In this document: piece after piece, positions 19,923-29,773 of the stretch | Layout: every line of letters starts with the position of its first letter | Numbering within the stretch: the first letter of the stretch is position 1 | Origin: a virus | DNA: 64,000 nt | IMG/VR virus record: IMGVR_UViG_3300037225_001188 | Location: 1 to 64,000 of that record | Direction: 5' to 3' (one strand) | The notes under the pieces: generated by a model | What the model was told of the DNA's origin: nothing | Seen by the model: only the letters and a program-made list of their open reading frames with translations | Database searches by the model: none | Translations under genes and position numbers: made by a program

Positions 19923-20984
19923 ATGGACGAGCACCAGAAGAAGCTCGAGCTGGCGATCGGCTCGCTCGAGAAGTCGTTCGGTAAAGGGACCATCATGCGC
20001 CTCGGCAAGCGAGAGGTGGTCCCGGTCGAGGTAGTCCCCAGTGGTAGCCTCGCGCTCGACCTCGCGCTCGGCATCGGCGGGTGGCCGCGTGGGCGCATCG
20101 TGGAAACCTTCGGGCCCGAAAGCTCTGGGAAAACCACGATGGCGCTCCATGCCGTTGCTGAAGCCCAGAAGCTCGGCGGCACGTGCGCGTTCGTGGACGC
20201 GGAGCACGCCCTCGATCTGGAGTACGCTAAGGGCATCGGAGTCAACGCCGACGAGCTGCTCGTGTCACAGCCCGACTGCGGCGAGCAGGCGCTCGAGGTC
20301 GTCGATGTCCTCGTGCGCTCTGGTGAGGTGGCGGTCATCGTCGTCGACTCGGTTGCCGCGCTCGTGCCGAAGGCGGAACTGGAGGGCGAGATGGGCGACG
20401 CGCACGTCGGCCTCCAGGCACGGCTCATGAGCCAGGCGCTGCGCAAGCTCACGGCCATCGTCGCGAAGTCGAATACCCTCATCATCTTCATCAATCAGAT
20501 CCGCATGAAGATCGGCGTCATGTTCGGCAGCCCCGAGACCACGACCGGCGGCAACGCGCTCAAGTTCTACGCCAGCATCCGCCTCGACGTGCGGCGCATC
20601 GGCGCGGTCACCGGGAAGCCGAAGCTCAAGATGGGGGAGGAGCGGCCGAAGGAGGACAAGAGCACGTCCCTCGGTAATCGCACCAGGGCGAAGGTGGTGA
20701 AGAACAAGTGCGCGCCGCCGTTCCGCGAGGCAGAGTTCGACATCATCTACGGCAAGGGCATCGACTCTGTCGGGGAGACGCTCGACTTTGCAGTCCGGGC
20801 CGGGCTGGTCGAGCAGAGCGGGGCGTGGTACGCGCTGCGCGGAGAGCGCATCGGCCAGGGACGCGAGAACACCAAGACCTTCCTGCGCGAGCACCAGGAT
20901 ATCGCCGAGGCGCTGCGCGACGAGGTCATGACGGCGATCAAGGCCGGCAAGGTCAAGGCAGAAGTTCAGCCACCAGAGGAGTAG
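19923..20984 (+). CDS. recA: recombinase RecA
   Basis: [40 protein letters not shown]. Confidence 0.98.
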   Translation: MDEHQKKLELAIGSLEKSFGKGTIMRLGKREVVPVEVVPSGSLALDLALGIGGWPRGRIVETFGPESSGKTTMALHAVAEAQKLGGTCAFVDAEHALDLEYAKGIGVNADELLVSQPDCGEQALEVVDVLVRSGEVAVIVVDSVAALVPKAELEGEMGDAHVGLQARLMSQALRKLTAIVAKSNTLIIFINQIRMKIGVMFGSPETTTGGNALKFYASIRLDVRRIGAVTGKPKLKMGEERPKEDKSTSLGNRTRAKVVKNKCAPPFREAEFDIIYGKGIDSVGETLDFAVRAGLVEQSGAWYALRGERIGQGRENTKTFLREHQDIAEALRDEVMTAIKAGKVKAEVQPPEE

Positions 20985-20988
20985 AGTG

Positions 20989-21159
20989 ATGGCGTTCAGC
21001 GGGCAGGACGAGCAGATCAAGTGCGTCGAGTGCAGCTACGAGTTCACTTTCTCGATCAAGGATCAGGAGTTCTACGCCAAGCAAGGCTGGGCCGACAAGC
21101 CCAAGCGTTGCAAGAAGTGCCGCGAGGCTCGCAAGGCGCGGGTCGCGAGCAAGGAGTAG
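20989..21159 (+). CDS. zinc-ribbon protein (zf-trcl-like), 56 aa, not in ORF track
   Basis: [45 protein letters not shown]; GAGGAG RBS. Confidence 0.85.
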   Translation: MAFSGQDEQIKCVECSYEFTFSIKDQEFYAKQGWADKPKRCKKCREARKARVASKE

Positions 21160-21163
21160 CTGC

Positions 21164-22345
21164 ATGGGCGAGCCGTTCCGCGCGTTCGTGATGAGCGACA
21201 TCCATCTCGGGAACCGGCTCGCCCACTCCACAGCCGGAGCCGACGGGGTGACGGACCGGATCGCCGACCAGCTCGACGCCCTGGAGTGGTGCTTTGACCA
21301 AGCTGACGAGCTTGACCTCCCGCTAGTCTGCCTCGGTGACCTCTTCGACGACCACCTGGTGGACACCATTACGCTCGAGCTGGTGGCCGACGCCCTGGCG
21401 CACCGGACCCCGCGGCGCGGATTCTACGTCATCCCCGGGAACCACGACGCCCACGATCAGACCAACCGGCACTTCTCGCCGACCGCGCTCGGGCGGCTGA
21501 CCAGTGGGCTCAGGGTGCTGAACGACTTGACCGGGACCACCGACGGCAACGGCGTCGACCTCCCCGGGCGCAGCCTGGTCTCGGCGCTGCCGTTCTGCTC
21601 TCCGCCTGCGGCGCGGCGGTTCTTTGCCGATCATGCCGGCAAGGACAAGCTGCTCCTGGGCCACCTGGAGGTGGACGGGTTCGGGCACGGCGGGTCGTGG
21701 CTCTGCACCAACGGGCTGGCAGAGGAGGACTTGGTGGCGTGGGGCGCGGTGCTGAGCGGGCACTTCCACGCCCAGCAGCAGTTCAAGCGCACCCAGGGAA
21801 TGTACGTCGGGGCGCTCACCCAGCTCAAGTTCGACGACGTCCGCAAGTCGCAGGGCGGGTGGTCTGTGTCGTGGGACGGGCGGGGCCTGGAGATGGAGTT
21901 CGTGGCCTACTCGGAGGCGCCGACGTTCGGCGTGTTCGAGCTGAAGGCCGTGGACCTGGAGCGCCTGATGGACGAGTCCGACCTCCACGGGGCGGACCCG
22001 TTCCATGTCCAGACGTTTACCAAGTTCGTGGTCTCGGGCACCGACCAGGAGCTGGCCGCGGTCCCGTGGGAGAAGGTGCGCGAGGCGGCGCTGTCGACCG
22101 GGGCGCGCAAGGTCGTCTTCGAACACCGCCCGGTGGCCGGGGTCGAGGTGCGGAGGATGCAGCTCGACGTCAACAGCACCCCGCTCGAGGACCTGGTCGC
22201 TGCGTACGTCGAGCACCCGGCGGTCGACACCAAGGGGCTCGACAAGGACGTGCTGCTCGACCTCGGGCTGCGCATGCTGGGGCAGGCGCTCGAGATGCGC
22301 AAGCAGCTGCCGGTCGTCACGGTCGACGCTGGGGGAGAGGTATGA
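21164..22345 (+). CDS. sbcD: SbcD/Mre11-like metallophosphoesterase nuclease
   Basis: SDIH, GDLFD, GNHD, GHFH. Confidence 0.9.
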   Translation: MGEPFRAFVMSDIHLGNRLAHSTAGADGVTDRIADQLDALEWCFDQADELDLPLVCLGDLFDDHLVDTITLELVADALAHRTPRRGFYVIPGNHDAHDQTNRHFSPTALGRLTSGLRVLNDLTGTTDGNGVDLPGRSLVSALPFCSPPAARRFFADHAGKDKLLLGHLEVDGFGHGGSWLCTNGLAEEDLVAWGAVLSGHFHAQQQFKRTQGMYVGALTQLKFDDVRKSQGGWSVSWDGRGLEMEFVAYSEAPTFGVFELKAVDLERLMDESDLHGADPFHVQTFTKFVVSGTDQELAAVPWEKVREAALSTGARKVVFEHRPVAGVEVRRMQLDVNSTPLEDLVAAYVEHPAVDTKGLDKDVLLDLGLRMLGQALEMRKQLPVVTVDAGGEV

Positions 22346-24273
22346 AGGCCATCGAGGTCAGCGCCAAGGGGTTCGGCCCGTTCCTCGACGAGGTGGTGCT
22401 CAAGCTCCACGACCTCGGGATGGTGCTGATCGAGGGTCGGAACTACGACTCGACCTCGGCAAAGTCGAACGGGGCGGGCAAGACGTCGGTCGCGAAAGCC
22501 ATCACCTGGGCTATGTTCGGCCAGTTCGTCGACGGCGATCGCGGCAGCGAGGTCATCCACAAGCGGGCGAAGCGCGCCGAGGTGCGGATGGTCTGGGTCG
22601 ACGAGGACACCGACACCGCCTACTGCATCACGCGGGCGCAGACGAAGGGCGTCCAGTCGCTGAGCCTCGAGATGACCTCCGGCGACGAGTGGGTCTCGAT
22701 CAACGGCCGCGACAAACGCGACACGCAGGCGAAGATCGAGGTCATCTTCGGGCTCGACTATGACACTTGGTGTAACACCATCTTGTTCGCGGCCGGGGAC
22801 CTGACCCGCTTCGCCTCGCGCGGCACCAGCGACACGGTCCGCAAGGCGATGATCAAGCAGATCTACGGGCTCGGGGTCATCGACCTGGCCCGCGAGGCGG
22901 TCGTCAAAGATCAGCGCATCGCCAAAGAAGCGGTCGCGGTAGCCAGGATGGCGGTCGGCAGGCGTGAAGCTCAGGTCGAGACGGTCGACCTCAATGGCAT
23001 CGAGGCGCGGAAGCAGCAGTTCGAGGACGACCGGGCGGCCGCGGTCGCCATGTGTGAGGAGACGATCGCCGACTTCATGGCACAGTCCGGCGAGGCCGAG
23101 CCCGACACCGAGCTGCTGGTGGACCTGCAAGGGCAGGCGGCGATCGCGCGCTCGAAGGTCACCGGGCTCACGGTTCGCCTCAGCGAGGCGTCGGCCGCGG
23201 CCACGCAGATGTCGGCGACGATCGGCAACGACCTCGTCAGGGGCCAGCGCGCTGATCTGGCGAGCAAGACGACGGAGCTGAGCTTGACCCAGCGCCAGAT
23301 CCGCCAGCTTGCCGGAGACAAGTGCCCGGTGTGTTTGACGTCGTTCACTGACCCCGGCACCTCGGCGAAGCGCTACCGCGACGAGCTGCAGGAGCGCGAG
23401 GGGGTGCTCCTCGCCGCCATCGACGAGCTGCGCGTCGTCGTCTCACAGTTCGACGAGAAGATGCGGAAGCAGCGCTCCGACGCCCGGGTGCAGCTCGAGC
23501 TAGTGCGGCGGCTGGAGACGGAGCTTGCCGGGCTGCGGCAGCAGGAACGGCGGCTCGACGAGCGCATCGGGGAGATCGAGCGCAAGCCGGCGACGCAGTT
23601 CACCAAGCTCATTGAGGCCCAGCGAGCGAAGGCGGAGCAGGTCAAGGCGCGGCCGAACATGTACGTCGAGATGCTCGCCGAGGCGCAGGTGCAGCACGAC
23701 AAGTGGAACGAGCTGCTCGTCAAGGAGCGCGAGGTCCTCGACGACGCCAAGACCAAGGTTCAGTATCACGAGTTTTGGAACGAGGCGTTCTCGGACCGCG
23801 GGCTCATCTCGTTCGTCATCGACCAGATGTTGCCGCAGCTCAACCGTAAGACCAACGAGAAGCTCCAGGTCCTGTCGGACGGCGACATCTTTGTCGTGTT
23901 CGACGGCGAGACGGCGCTGAAGAGCGGGGAGCTGCGCGACAAGGTCGGGATGCGGTCGATGATCGAGGGCATCGAGAACGCCACGCCGAGCACGGCGCAG
24001 GACAAGAAGATCTGCCTGAGCGGCGCGCTGGCGATGATGGACATCGTTGCGACGCGCCAGGGGAAGCGGATCGACCTGCAGATGCTCGACGAGCCGTTCG
24101 ACGGGCTGGACGACGTCGGTAAGCAGCGCCTCGTCGGGCTGCTCCAGAAGCAGCAGGAGATCAAGGGGACGATCTTGGTCACGACCCACGACGCGATGGC
24201 GGCCGGCGCGTTCACCAGGCGCATCCTGGTAGAGCGGCGCGGCGGGGTCGCGAAGCTCGTCGAGGAGGAGTAG
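22342..24273 (+). CDS. sbcC: SbcC/Rad50-like ATPase
   Basis: SNGAGKT, coiled coil, CPVC hook, LDEPFDGLD, VTTH. Confidence 0.9.
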   Translation: MKAIEVSAKGFGPFLDEVVLKLHDLGMVLIEGRNYDSTSAKSNGAGKTSVAKAITWAMFGQFVDGDRGSEVIHKRAKRAEVRMVWVDEDTDTAYCITRAQTKGVQSLSLEMTSGDEWVSINGRDKRDTQAKIEVIFGLDYDTWCNTILFAAGDLTRFASRGTSDTVRKAMIKQIYGLGVIDLAREAVVKDQRIAKEAVAVARMAVGRREAQVETVDLNGIEARKQQFEDDRAAAVAMCEETIADFMAQSGEAEPDTELLVDLQGQAAIARSKVTGLTVRLSEASAAATQMSATIGNDLVRGQRADLASKTTELSLTQRQIRQLAGDKCPVCLTSFTDPGTSAKRYRDELQEREGVLLAAIDELRVVVSQFDEKMRKQRSDARVQLELVRRLETELAGLRQQERRLDERIGEIERKPATQFTKLIEAQRAKAEQVKARPNMYVEMLAEAQVQHDKWNELLVKEREVLDDAKTKVQYHEFWNEAFSDRGLISFVIDQMLPQLNRKTNEKLQVLSDGDIFVVFDGETALKSGELRDKVGMRSMIEGIENATPSTAQDKKICLSGALAMMDIVATRQGKRIDLQMLDEPFDGLDDVGKQRLVGLLQKQQEIKGTILVTTHDAMAAGAFTRRILVERRGGVAKLVEEE

Positions 24274-24274
24274 G

Positions 24275-24667
24275 ATGAACCTGGAACCGCTGCTCCGTAG
24301 GATCGCTGTGGCACTCGAGGACATCGCTGCTTCGATACGGCGGAAGCACGAGGCTGATGAGGAAGCCAGGAAGGCGCTCGTGAAGATGAACGAGACGATG
24401 GTCGCGAAGCTCAAGCAGGTCGAAGAGGAGGTGATGCAGCTGCACCACGTGGCGGAGTACAACTTCTTCAGCGACCTGGCCGAGCGCGCCGCGTACTGGG
24501 GCGAGCTGCTCGTCGGCGGTCATCTGCTGCTCGTCGCGGCCGCGGTGGTCGTCCCGGTTGCTGTCGTCGTGCGGGCAGCGCGCGGCCTCGTGCGGTGGGC
24601 CACGGCGCCGTACTGGTTCGAGCCGGAGCCGGTCGCCTGTGAGAGGGGTCTCCATGTCGCTCGTTGA
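24275..24667 (+). CDS. hypothetical protein, coiled coil + TM
   Basis: GAGGAG RBS, ORF. Confidence 0.55.
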   Translation: MNLEPLLRRIAVALEDIAASIRRKHEADEEARKALVKMNETMVAKLKQVEEEVMQLHHVAEYNFFSDLAERAAYWGELLVGGHLLLVAAAVVVPVAVVVRAARGLVRWATAPYWFEPEPVACERGLHVAR

Positions 24668-25226
24668 AGAATCTCGCGTCCGTCCGTCGTGGGACGAGTA
24701 CTTTCTCCAGATGTGCGAGAGCGCCAAGCTGCGGTCGATCGACGTCGATACGCAGAATGGAGCGGTCATCGCCAACTCGCAGCATCGCATCGTGTCGACG
24801 GGGTACAATGCGTTCCCCGCCGGCGTGGACGATCAGTTCTGGCCCAACGCGCGCAACCAGAAGCAGAACGTCCCGCACGTCAATGTGCCGCGTTACTGGC
24901 AAGGGCAGTCGGTGGCCGCGCCGTTGCCGGCACCGGCGGCGAAGATGTCGTCGCAGTACCTGCAGGACGACTGCTTCTACACTGTCGACAAGTACATGGC
25001 GATGACGCACGCCGAGATGAACGCCGTCGTCGCCGCTGGGCAAGACTTGCACGGGTGCTGCATCTACACCCTGCTGTTCCCCTGCCACGAGTGCGCCAAG
25101 GCCATCATCACCGCGGGCATCAAGCGCGTGGTGTACCAGACGACACGCGAGCACGTCTCGTGGGCGGTGGCGAAGGAGCTGTTCGTCCAGGCAGGGGTTG
25201 AGCTGGTGGGGCCGGAGAAACCGTGA
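24654..25226 (+). CDS. dCMP deaminase
   Basis: RPSWDEYF, STGYN, HAEMNA, PCHECAK. Confidence 0.92.
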   Translation: MSLVEESRVRPSWDEYFLQMCESAKLRSIDVDTQNGAVIANSQHRIVSTGYNAFPAGVDDQFWPNARNQKQNVPHVNVPRYWQGQSVAAPLPAPAAKMSSQYLQDDCFYTVDKYMAMTHAEMNAVVAAGQDLHGCCIYTLLFPCHECAKAIITAGIKRVVYQTTREHVSWAVAKELFVQAGVELVGPEKP

Positions 25227-25447
25227 TGCGGCGCTTTGGTGGTCTCGCCGTCCTCGTCGCGCTGTGCTTGGCGCTCAGCACGGCGAAGCTCGTCGCGTTC
25301 CCGGGCCTGCCGTGGGCCGCGGCGTGGGCTCCGTTGTGGCTGCCGTTCGTCGTGTTCACGGCCGTCGCGGTGGTGATGCTGCAGCGAGAAGTTGCGAAAG
25401 TACGGCGCGCTGCCACGAGGGCCACGCACGAGGCTGAGAAGAGGTGA
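25226..25447 (+). CDS. small two-TM membrane protein
   Basis: KL...W..WAPLW motif, hydrophobic. Confidence 0.65.
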   Translation: MRRFGGLAVLVALCLALSTAKLVAFPGLPWAAAWAPLWLPFVVFTAVAVVMLQREVAKVRRAATRATHEAEKR

Positions 25448-25453
25448 CTTGAA

Positions 25454-26455
25454 ATGTACATCGACGACAGCGGGCTGTTCGTGGCGGATCCGGGCGACGG
25501 CTTCAACCTGGTGACGATGCTGAGGAAGCACGATCGAGGCGCGCTCCCGAGTGGCGCCCCAATGCTCGGCATCAACCACACCTACAGCATCCTCGTGCGC
25601 GAGGGGCGCGACGACCCGAAGGGCGACGGCACGGTCGGGTGCGCCTCCAGGTACTCGAGTGAGAAGGCGCCGTACGGGGCGACCGCCTACAATTCCCGCG
25701 GCAGCTCGACGCCCGGGAGTCCCGGGTCGGACCTCTACGTCATGACCCGGGCGTGCCGCGAGAACTGGAGCTGCGAGGGGATGGTGAAGCTCCCTGACCC
25801 GCAGTTCAAGGACGCGCACGGGAAGCCGTTCTCCAACAACGGGTGCAGCATCAGCATCGAGAACGCCGGCAGCGGCTGGTGGCGCGACGACGGCACCGAC
25901 TGGAGCGGCCCGGCGAAGGCGAAGCGCAAGGTCTTCGACGGCGTGGTCATCAACCTGAACCGCCCCGACTTCATCAAGGTCGGCCGGTTCTACTGGCAGG
26001 TCCCGACGGCGCCACAGGTCTACACGCTGCAGCGTTTCTGGGCCGCGGCCTGCAAGCGCTACCCGTCGTTCAGGCCGGAGCACGCCATCCATGGGCACGA
26101 GGAGATGGGCAGCGGGAACCACATGTGCCCCGGGCCGCCGCTGATGGCGGCGCTCGCGCGGCAGGTGCTCCCGTACCTCGTCGGCGAGCAGCCGCAGCCG
26201 GTGGTCGAGCCGGAGCAGATGCAGGGGTGGGCCGACATGTTCTCAGAGGACGCGATGTTCTCGGTCGACCCGGTGGACTGGTTCGCCGACATGGGCGGTC
26301 GGGCGAGCACGGACCAGGTCCTGAAGCAGTTCTCCCAGGACGAGGTCGAGACGCTCTACAAGGCCGGCTACGTTACGCACGACGACGAGGCCAACCAGGT
26401 CTGCGACCCGGACGTCCTCATCTGGGTCGGGCCATCGGCGACGAGCGCGGGGTAG
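25454..26455 (+). CDS. N-acetylmuramoyl-L-alanine amidase (Amidase_2-like)
   Basis: INH, N..SISIENAG, HGHEE, CPG Zn-amidase motifs. Confidence 0.72.
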   Translation: MYIDDSGLFVADPGDGFNLVTMLRKHDRGALPSGAPMLGINHTYSILVREGRDDPKGDGTVGCASRYSSEKAPYGATAYNSRGSSTPGSPGSDLYVMTRACRENWSCEGMVKLPDPQFKDAHGKPFSNNGCSISIENAGSGWWRDDGTDWSGPAKAKRKVFDGVVINLNRPDFIKVGRFYWQVPTAPQVYTLQRFWAAACKRYPSFRPEHAIHGHEEMGSGNHMCPGPPLMAALARQVLPYLVGEQPQPVVEPEQMQGWADMFSEDAMFSVDPVDWFADMGGRASTDQVLKQFSQDEVETLYKAGYVTHDDEANQVCDPDVLIWVGPSATSAG

Positions 26456-26458
26456 CCT

Positions 26459-27067
26459 GTGGCTTCCCCCAAGTGTCCCGAGTGCGGCCGCGAGGCCATC
26501 AAGAAGCCGATCGCGGTGTGCGGCACCTGCTACCGCGAGGTGGCGGCGAAGAAGTTCGGCTCGCGAGCGAAGGGCTGCTCGTTCGAGCTGGAGGTCGCCA
26601 AGGCCCTGTCAGCGTGGTGGGGCGTTGAGAAGTCGTTCCGCCGCACCCCGCTGTCGGGGGCGTGGGACCCGCGCGCCGGCGGCGACCTCGTGGCGCCTGA
26701 TGGGTTCCCGTTCACGGTCGAATGCAAGAAGGTCGAGAACTGGGATCTGCTGCAGCTCATCACGAGCGGTCGTCGTAAGGGCGATGAGGACGCGAAGTGC
26801 CTCATCGAGAAGCATTGGTCGCAGGCGGTGCGCGAGTGCCAGCCAGGGAAGCGTCCGATGCTGGTCTTCTCGAGGAACCACCAGCCGGCGTTCTTCATGC
26901 TGCTCGCCGTCGACTGGAGCCACCTCGAAGGCGTGTCCGACGCCCGCACTCTGGTGTTCATGCCGTGCTCGGCTGGAGATGACCGAGATGGCGACGACGT
27001 TCGCGTCATCGGCCTGCTGTCGGACCTGCTCGAGCAGTGGCAAGCGCCGGCGCACGAGGCAATGTGA
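26459..27067 (+). CDS. Holliday junction resolvase (PD-(D/E)XK) with N-terminal Zn finger
   Basis: KG..FE.EVAK.L, FRRTPLSGA, GD, VECK. Confidence 0.85.
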   Translation: MASPKCPECGREAIKKPIAVCGTCYREVAAKKFGSRAKGCSFELEVAKALSAWWGVEKSFRRTPLSGAWDPRAGGDLVAPDGFPFTVECKKVENWDLLQLITSGRRKGDEDAKCLIEKHWSQAVRECQPGKRPMLVFSRNHQPAFFMLLAVDWSHLEGVSDARTLVFMPCSAGDDRDGDDVRVIGLLSDLLEQWQAPAHEAM

Positions 27068-27119
27068 AGACGCGCGACGAGGTCGCCGCCTGGCTCGAGG
27101 AGCGCGGTGTCGACGAGGT
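27064..27119 (+). pseudogene. 5' part of a small phage gene interrupted by the transposon
   Basis: MKTRDEVAAWLEERGVDEV rejoins in frame with 32499 onward. Confidence 0.85.
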
Positions 27120-27200
27120 GGCTTTGCCCTAGAACGCCGTTTTTCGCGCGAGTTTTAGGGCAGGCGCCTGCCTTTTGAGGCAAGAAACGGAGACGAGAAA

Positions 27201-27383
27201 ATGACCGACAAGGTGAGGAAGGCGCTTGAAGCGGCGCGTCACGAACTGACCACTCTGCATGGGCTTCTCGCGGCCGATGGGGTAGCGCCGCAGGAGACCT
27301 GGGCCATCGACACGAGCGCGACCATTGCGCTCATCGACGAGGCTCTCAGCGAATCTGCTGGTACGAGTACCCGCCCTTCTTGA
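27201..27383 (+). CDS. small hypothetical cargo protein
   Basis: GGAG RBS, 60 aa. Confidence 0.5.
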   Translation: MTDKVRKALEAARHELTTLHGLLAADGVAPQETWAIDTSATIALIDEALSESAGTSTRPS

Positions 27384-27561
27384 TGTACTGGTCGAGATAG
27401 GAGCCGTGCGAGGACGCCGACATGAGCCCGGAGTAGATGAAGGCCGGGACGTCGAAGTACTGGTAGATGCTACCGTTGTGGAACTCCACTTCGAGTGTCC
27501 TGGTCGTCGGGTCGTATCCGACGGAAGCGAGGTTGCTCGACGAGACGGGCGCTCTGTTCAT
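27346..27561 (-). CDS. KTSC domain protein
   Basis: VSSSNLASVGYD....LEVEF..G.IYQYFDVP...S.G.Y. Confidence 0.92.
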   Translation of the reverse strand: MNRAPVSSSNLASVGYDPTTRTLEVEFHNGSIYQYFDVPAFIYSGLMSASSHGSYLDQYIKKGGYSYQQIR

Positions 27562-27638
27562 GGCGGTTGCCCCTCGGTGGTTCTCGATGGAATGGGACGA
27601 CGTTTCTCCCGAAGGATCAAGCCTGTTGTTGCCGAGTC

Positions 27639-27977
27639 CTACTTGACCAGCTTGAGGCCGGCGGTGGGCTCAGGGAGTGGCGCATCCTCGACGACGGTCG
27701 GGTCCTCAGCGAAGTCGGGCAGGTGCCCACAGTGCGGACATGCTCCGGGTAGGTAGCGCCCACCGAGTAGGTCGTCCACCGGCACGCCCGCAACCCGGGC
27801 GACGCGGAGCGCCATGCTGGCTGACACCCCGCGCCCCCGGTTGTTCGCGACCTTCTCCAGGGTGTCGTACTGGAACCCCAGCGCCTTCGCCAGCGGCGTC
27901 CAGCCTCCGGCCCGCCGCTTCAGGTAGCGGAGCGCCGTGCGGACGTGGCCCTGCTCCTTCAGGTCCAGGTCGGTCAC
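27639..27977 (-). CDS. XRE-like HTH protein with C-terminal CPHC
   Basis: GTGA-coupled to transposase; LAKALG...ALRVARVAGVPVDDLL. Confidence 0.8.
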   Translation of the reverse strand: MTDLDLKEQGHVRTALRYLKRRAGGWTPLAKALGFQYDTLEKVANNRGRGVSASMALRVARVAGVPVDDLLGGRYLPGACPHCGHLPDFAEDPTVVEDAPLPEPTAGLKLVK

Positions 27978-29275
27978 GGCTTCACCAGGGTCAGGGCCGC
28001 GGGAGCGGTCGGCTGCGGCTTGGGGAACTCGCCGTCGATGCCGAACTCCGTGATGGCGTGGACGATGCACGCGAGGTTGTGGCAGAGCACCTTGGCGAGC
28101 ACCTCGTTCATCTGCGCCGTCGGCAGCTTCGAGCGGACGGCGGTGCCGAACTTCGACTTGATCATCCACATGGTCGTCTCGACGTTGCTGCGCCGATGGT
28201 AGTGGTCCAGGAAGTCGTCGGCCTTGAGGGAGAAGTGCGCCCACATCTTGCGCCAGTGGGGCGAGGTGCTCGCGGCGCCGCTGTTGATCTTGAAGGGGAT
28301 GAACGGGGTGGCACCAACGGCGTCGATGGCTTCGAGGTTCTTCTTGCTGAGGTACGCCTTGTCGCCGCTGACTTCCTTCACGTCGAACCGCTCGGCCGTC
28401 TTCTGGAGAAGCTCAGGCAGGACGGGGCAGTCGCCCTCGGGCGACACCTTCACGCCGGTCACGACGTTGGTCGCGGTCCCGATCATGACGTGGAGCTTCA
28501 CCCAAGCGTGCATCGCCATGAGCTTGCCGTGCTTCTGGTCGAACCAGCGGTCGTAGGTCACGGTGGAGAAGCCCGTCGAGTCCTGGGCGAACTGGCCCGC
28601 GACGTTCTCGATCTCCGCCAGCGGCGCCGCACTCTCCTCGATGAGGCGGGTCAGGACGGCCGTCGTCGCCGGGTTCTCCAGGCAGCGGAAGATGCTGTTG
28701 TAGTGGGGCGCGTCCGCGATGTGGCCTCGCTCGGCGCAGCCGCGGATGTCCGTCGAGGCCCGACGCCCCGAGAAGGTCGTGTAGACCTTCATGACGGCAG
28801 CGAACACCGCGTCGCGGAGCGGGATGCGGGGGCGCCCCGTCTTCTTGGGCGCTGGCTCCTCGATGCCCGCGCACAGCGACTTGAGGAGGGCCTCGACGCG
28901 CGCCTTCTCCGTCGTCTGGGCCAAGTTGTAGGCGGTCCAGTTCTGGCCATACGTCTTCCGCTTCTCAGGCGGGGGGACCTCGCCGTCGGTGCTCACGCCC
29001 CCCTCCCACGCCAGCCAGAAGTAGACGCCTTCGATGTGCTTGCAGCGCAGGCGGCGAAGCTCGTAGTCCGGGCAGGTACACGTCTCGTCGACAAGGTCGA
29101 CGAGGTAGGTAGGCGCGTCGGCGCCGACCGACTGCGACGGGACGGAGAACCGCGCCCCGACGCGGCGGATGCCGCCCCGCTGGGCAAGCTGGCGCCCGCG
29201 CTCCTCGCGGGTCGTCGTGAGGGGACCGTGCTCGACGGGGGTCTGAACTTCCGCGACGCCATGTCCGATGCTCAT
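27974..29275 (-). CDS. SWIM-finger DDE transposase (IS4/IS5-like DDE_Tnp_1)
   Basis: CTCPD..CKH SWIM; DSTGF, KLH, GDKAY, YHRRSNVET. Confidence 0.92.
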   Translation of the reverse strand: MSIGHGVAEVQTPVEHGPLTTTREERGRQLAQRGGIRRVGARFSVPSQSVGADAPTYLVDLVDETCTCPDYELRRLRCKHIEGVYFWLAWEGGVSTDGEVPPPEKRKTYGQNWTAYNLAQTTEKARVEALLKSLCAGIEEPAPKKTGRPRIPLRDAVFAAVMKVYTTFSGRRASTDIRGCAERGHIADAPHYNSIFRCLENPATTAVLTRLIEESAAPLAEIENVAGQFAQDSTGFSTVTYDRWFDQKHGKLMAMHAWVKLHVMIGTATNVVTGVKVSPEGDCPVLPELLQKTAERFDVKEVSGDKAYLSKKNLEAIDAVGATPFIPFKINSGAASTSPHWRKMWAHFSLKADDFLDHYHRRSNVETTMWMIKSKFGTAVRSKLPTAQMNEVLAKVLCHNLACIVHAITEFGIDGEFPKPQPTAPAALTLVKP

Positions 29276-29280
29276 GGGAC

Positions 29281-29355
29281 TAATGTAGCAACATTAAGCC
29301 GACATGTCAAGTAGAAAAACAGGGCTTGACATCGCGGCCTAATGTGGGTACAGTA
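29281..29355. promoter_or_regulatory. divergent sigma70 promoters with twin operators
   Basis: minus: TTGACA(29310-29305)-N17-TACATT; plus: TTGACA(29326-29331)-N17-TACAGT; TAATGT-N4-ACATTA (29281-29296) and TAATGT-N4-ACAGTA (29340-29355). Confidence 0.8.
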
Positions 29356-29360
29356 GGTCT

Positions 29361-29540
29361 ATGAAACGACGGAAGCCCAAGGCAGAGCGCAAGGAGGCCG
29401 ACATCCGCATCCGGGTAACACCCGAGCAGAAGAAGGTCCTTACGGAGGCTGCCCTCCGGGCTGGTCTGGATGTGTCGTCGTGGTTGAGGTCACTTGGGAT
29501 GCGCGAGGCGGCGGGGCGGAGCCCCAGCCCGACACCATAA
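29361..29540 (+). CDS. ribbon-helix-helix protein (DUF1778/MobC-like), 59 aa, not in ORF track
   Basis: KAERKEADIRIRVTPEQKKVLTEAALRAGLDVSSWLR. Confidence 0.85.
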   Translation: MKRRKPKAERKEADIRIRVTPEQKKVLTEAALRAGLDVSSWLRSLGMREAAGRSPSPTP

Positions 29541-29773
29541 TGTCGGGCTGGAGGCGCCCTCAGTCTAACCTCGTGCGCATGCCGCACCAATCCCCTCGGC
29601 GGCTCGACAAGCCGTCGTTTGGGGCTTGCAGACCAGGCGCAGCCAGGGTAGGATCGGATTTGCGGTTCCGTCCTGCCTTGGTGGCCGGAAGGTCTGCCAG
29701 CCGGTTGTTTCTCCGGCCAGCGCCCCGACGAGTTCATGGCTCGCCGGGGCGTCTGCTATCTGGGGTTCGTGTT

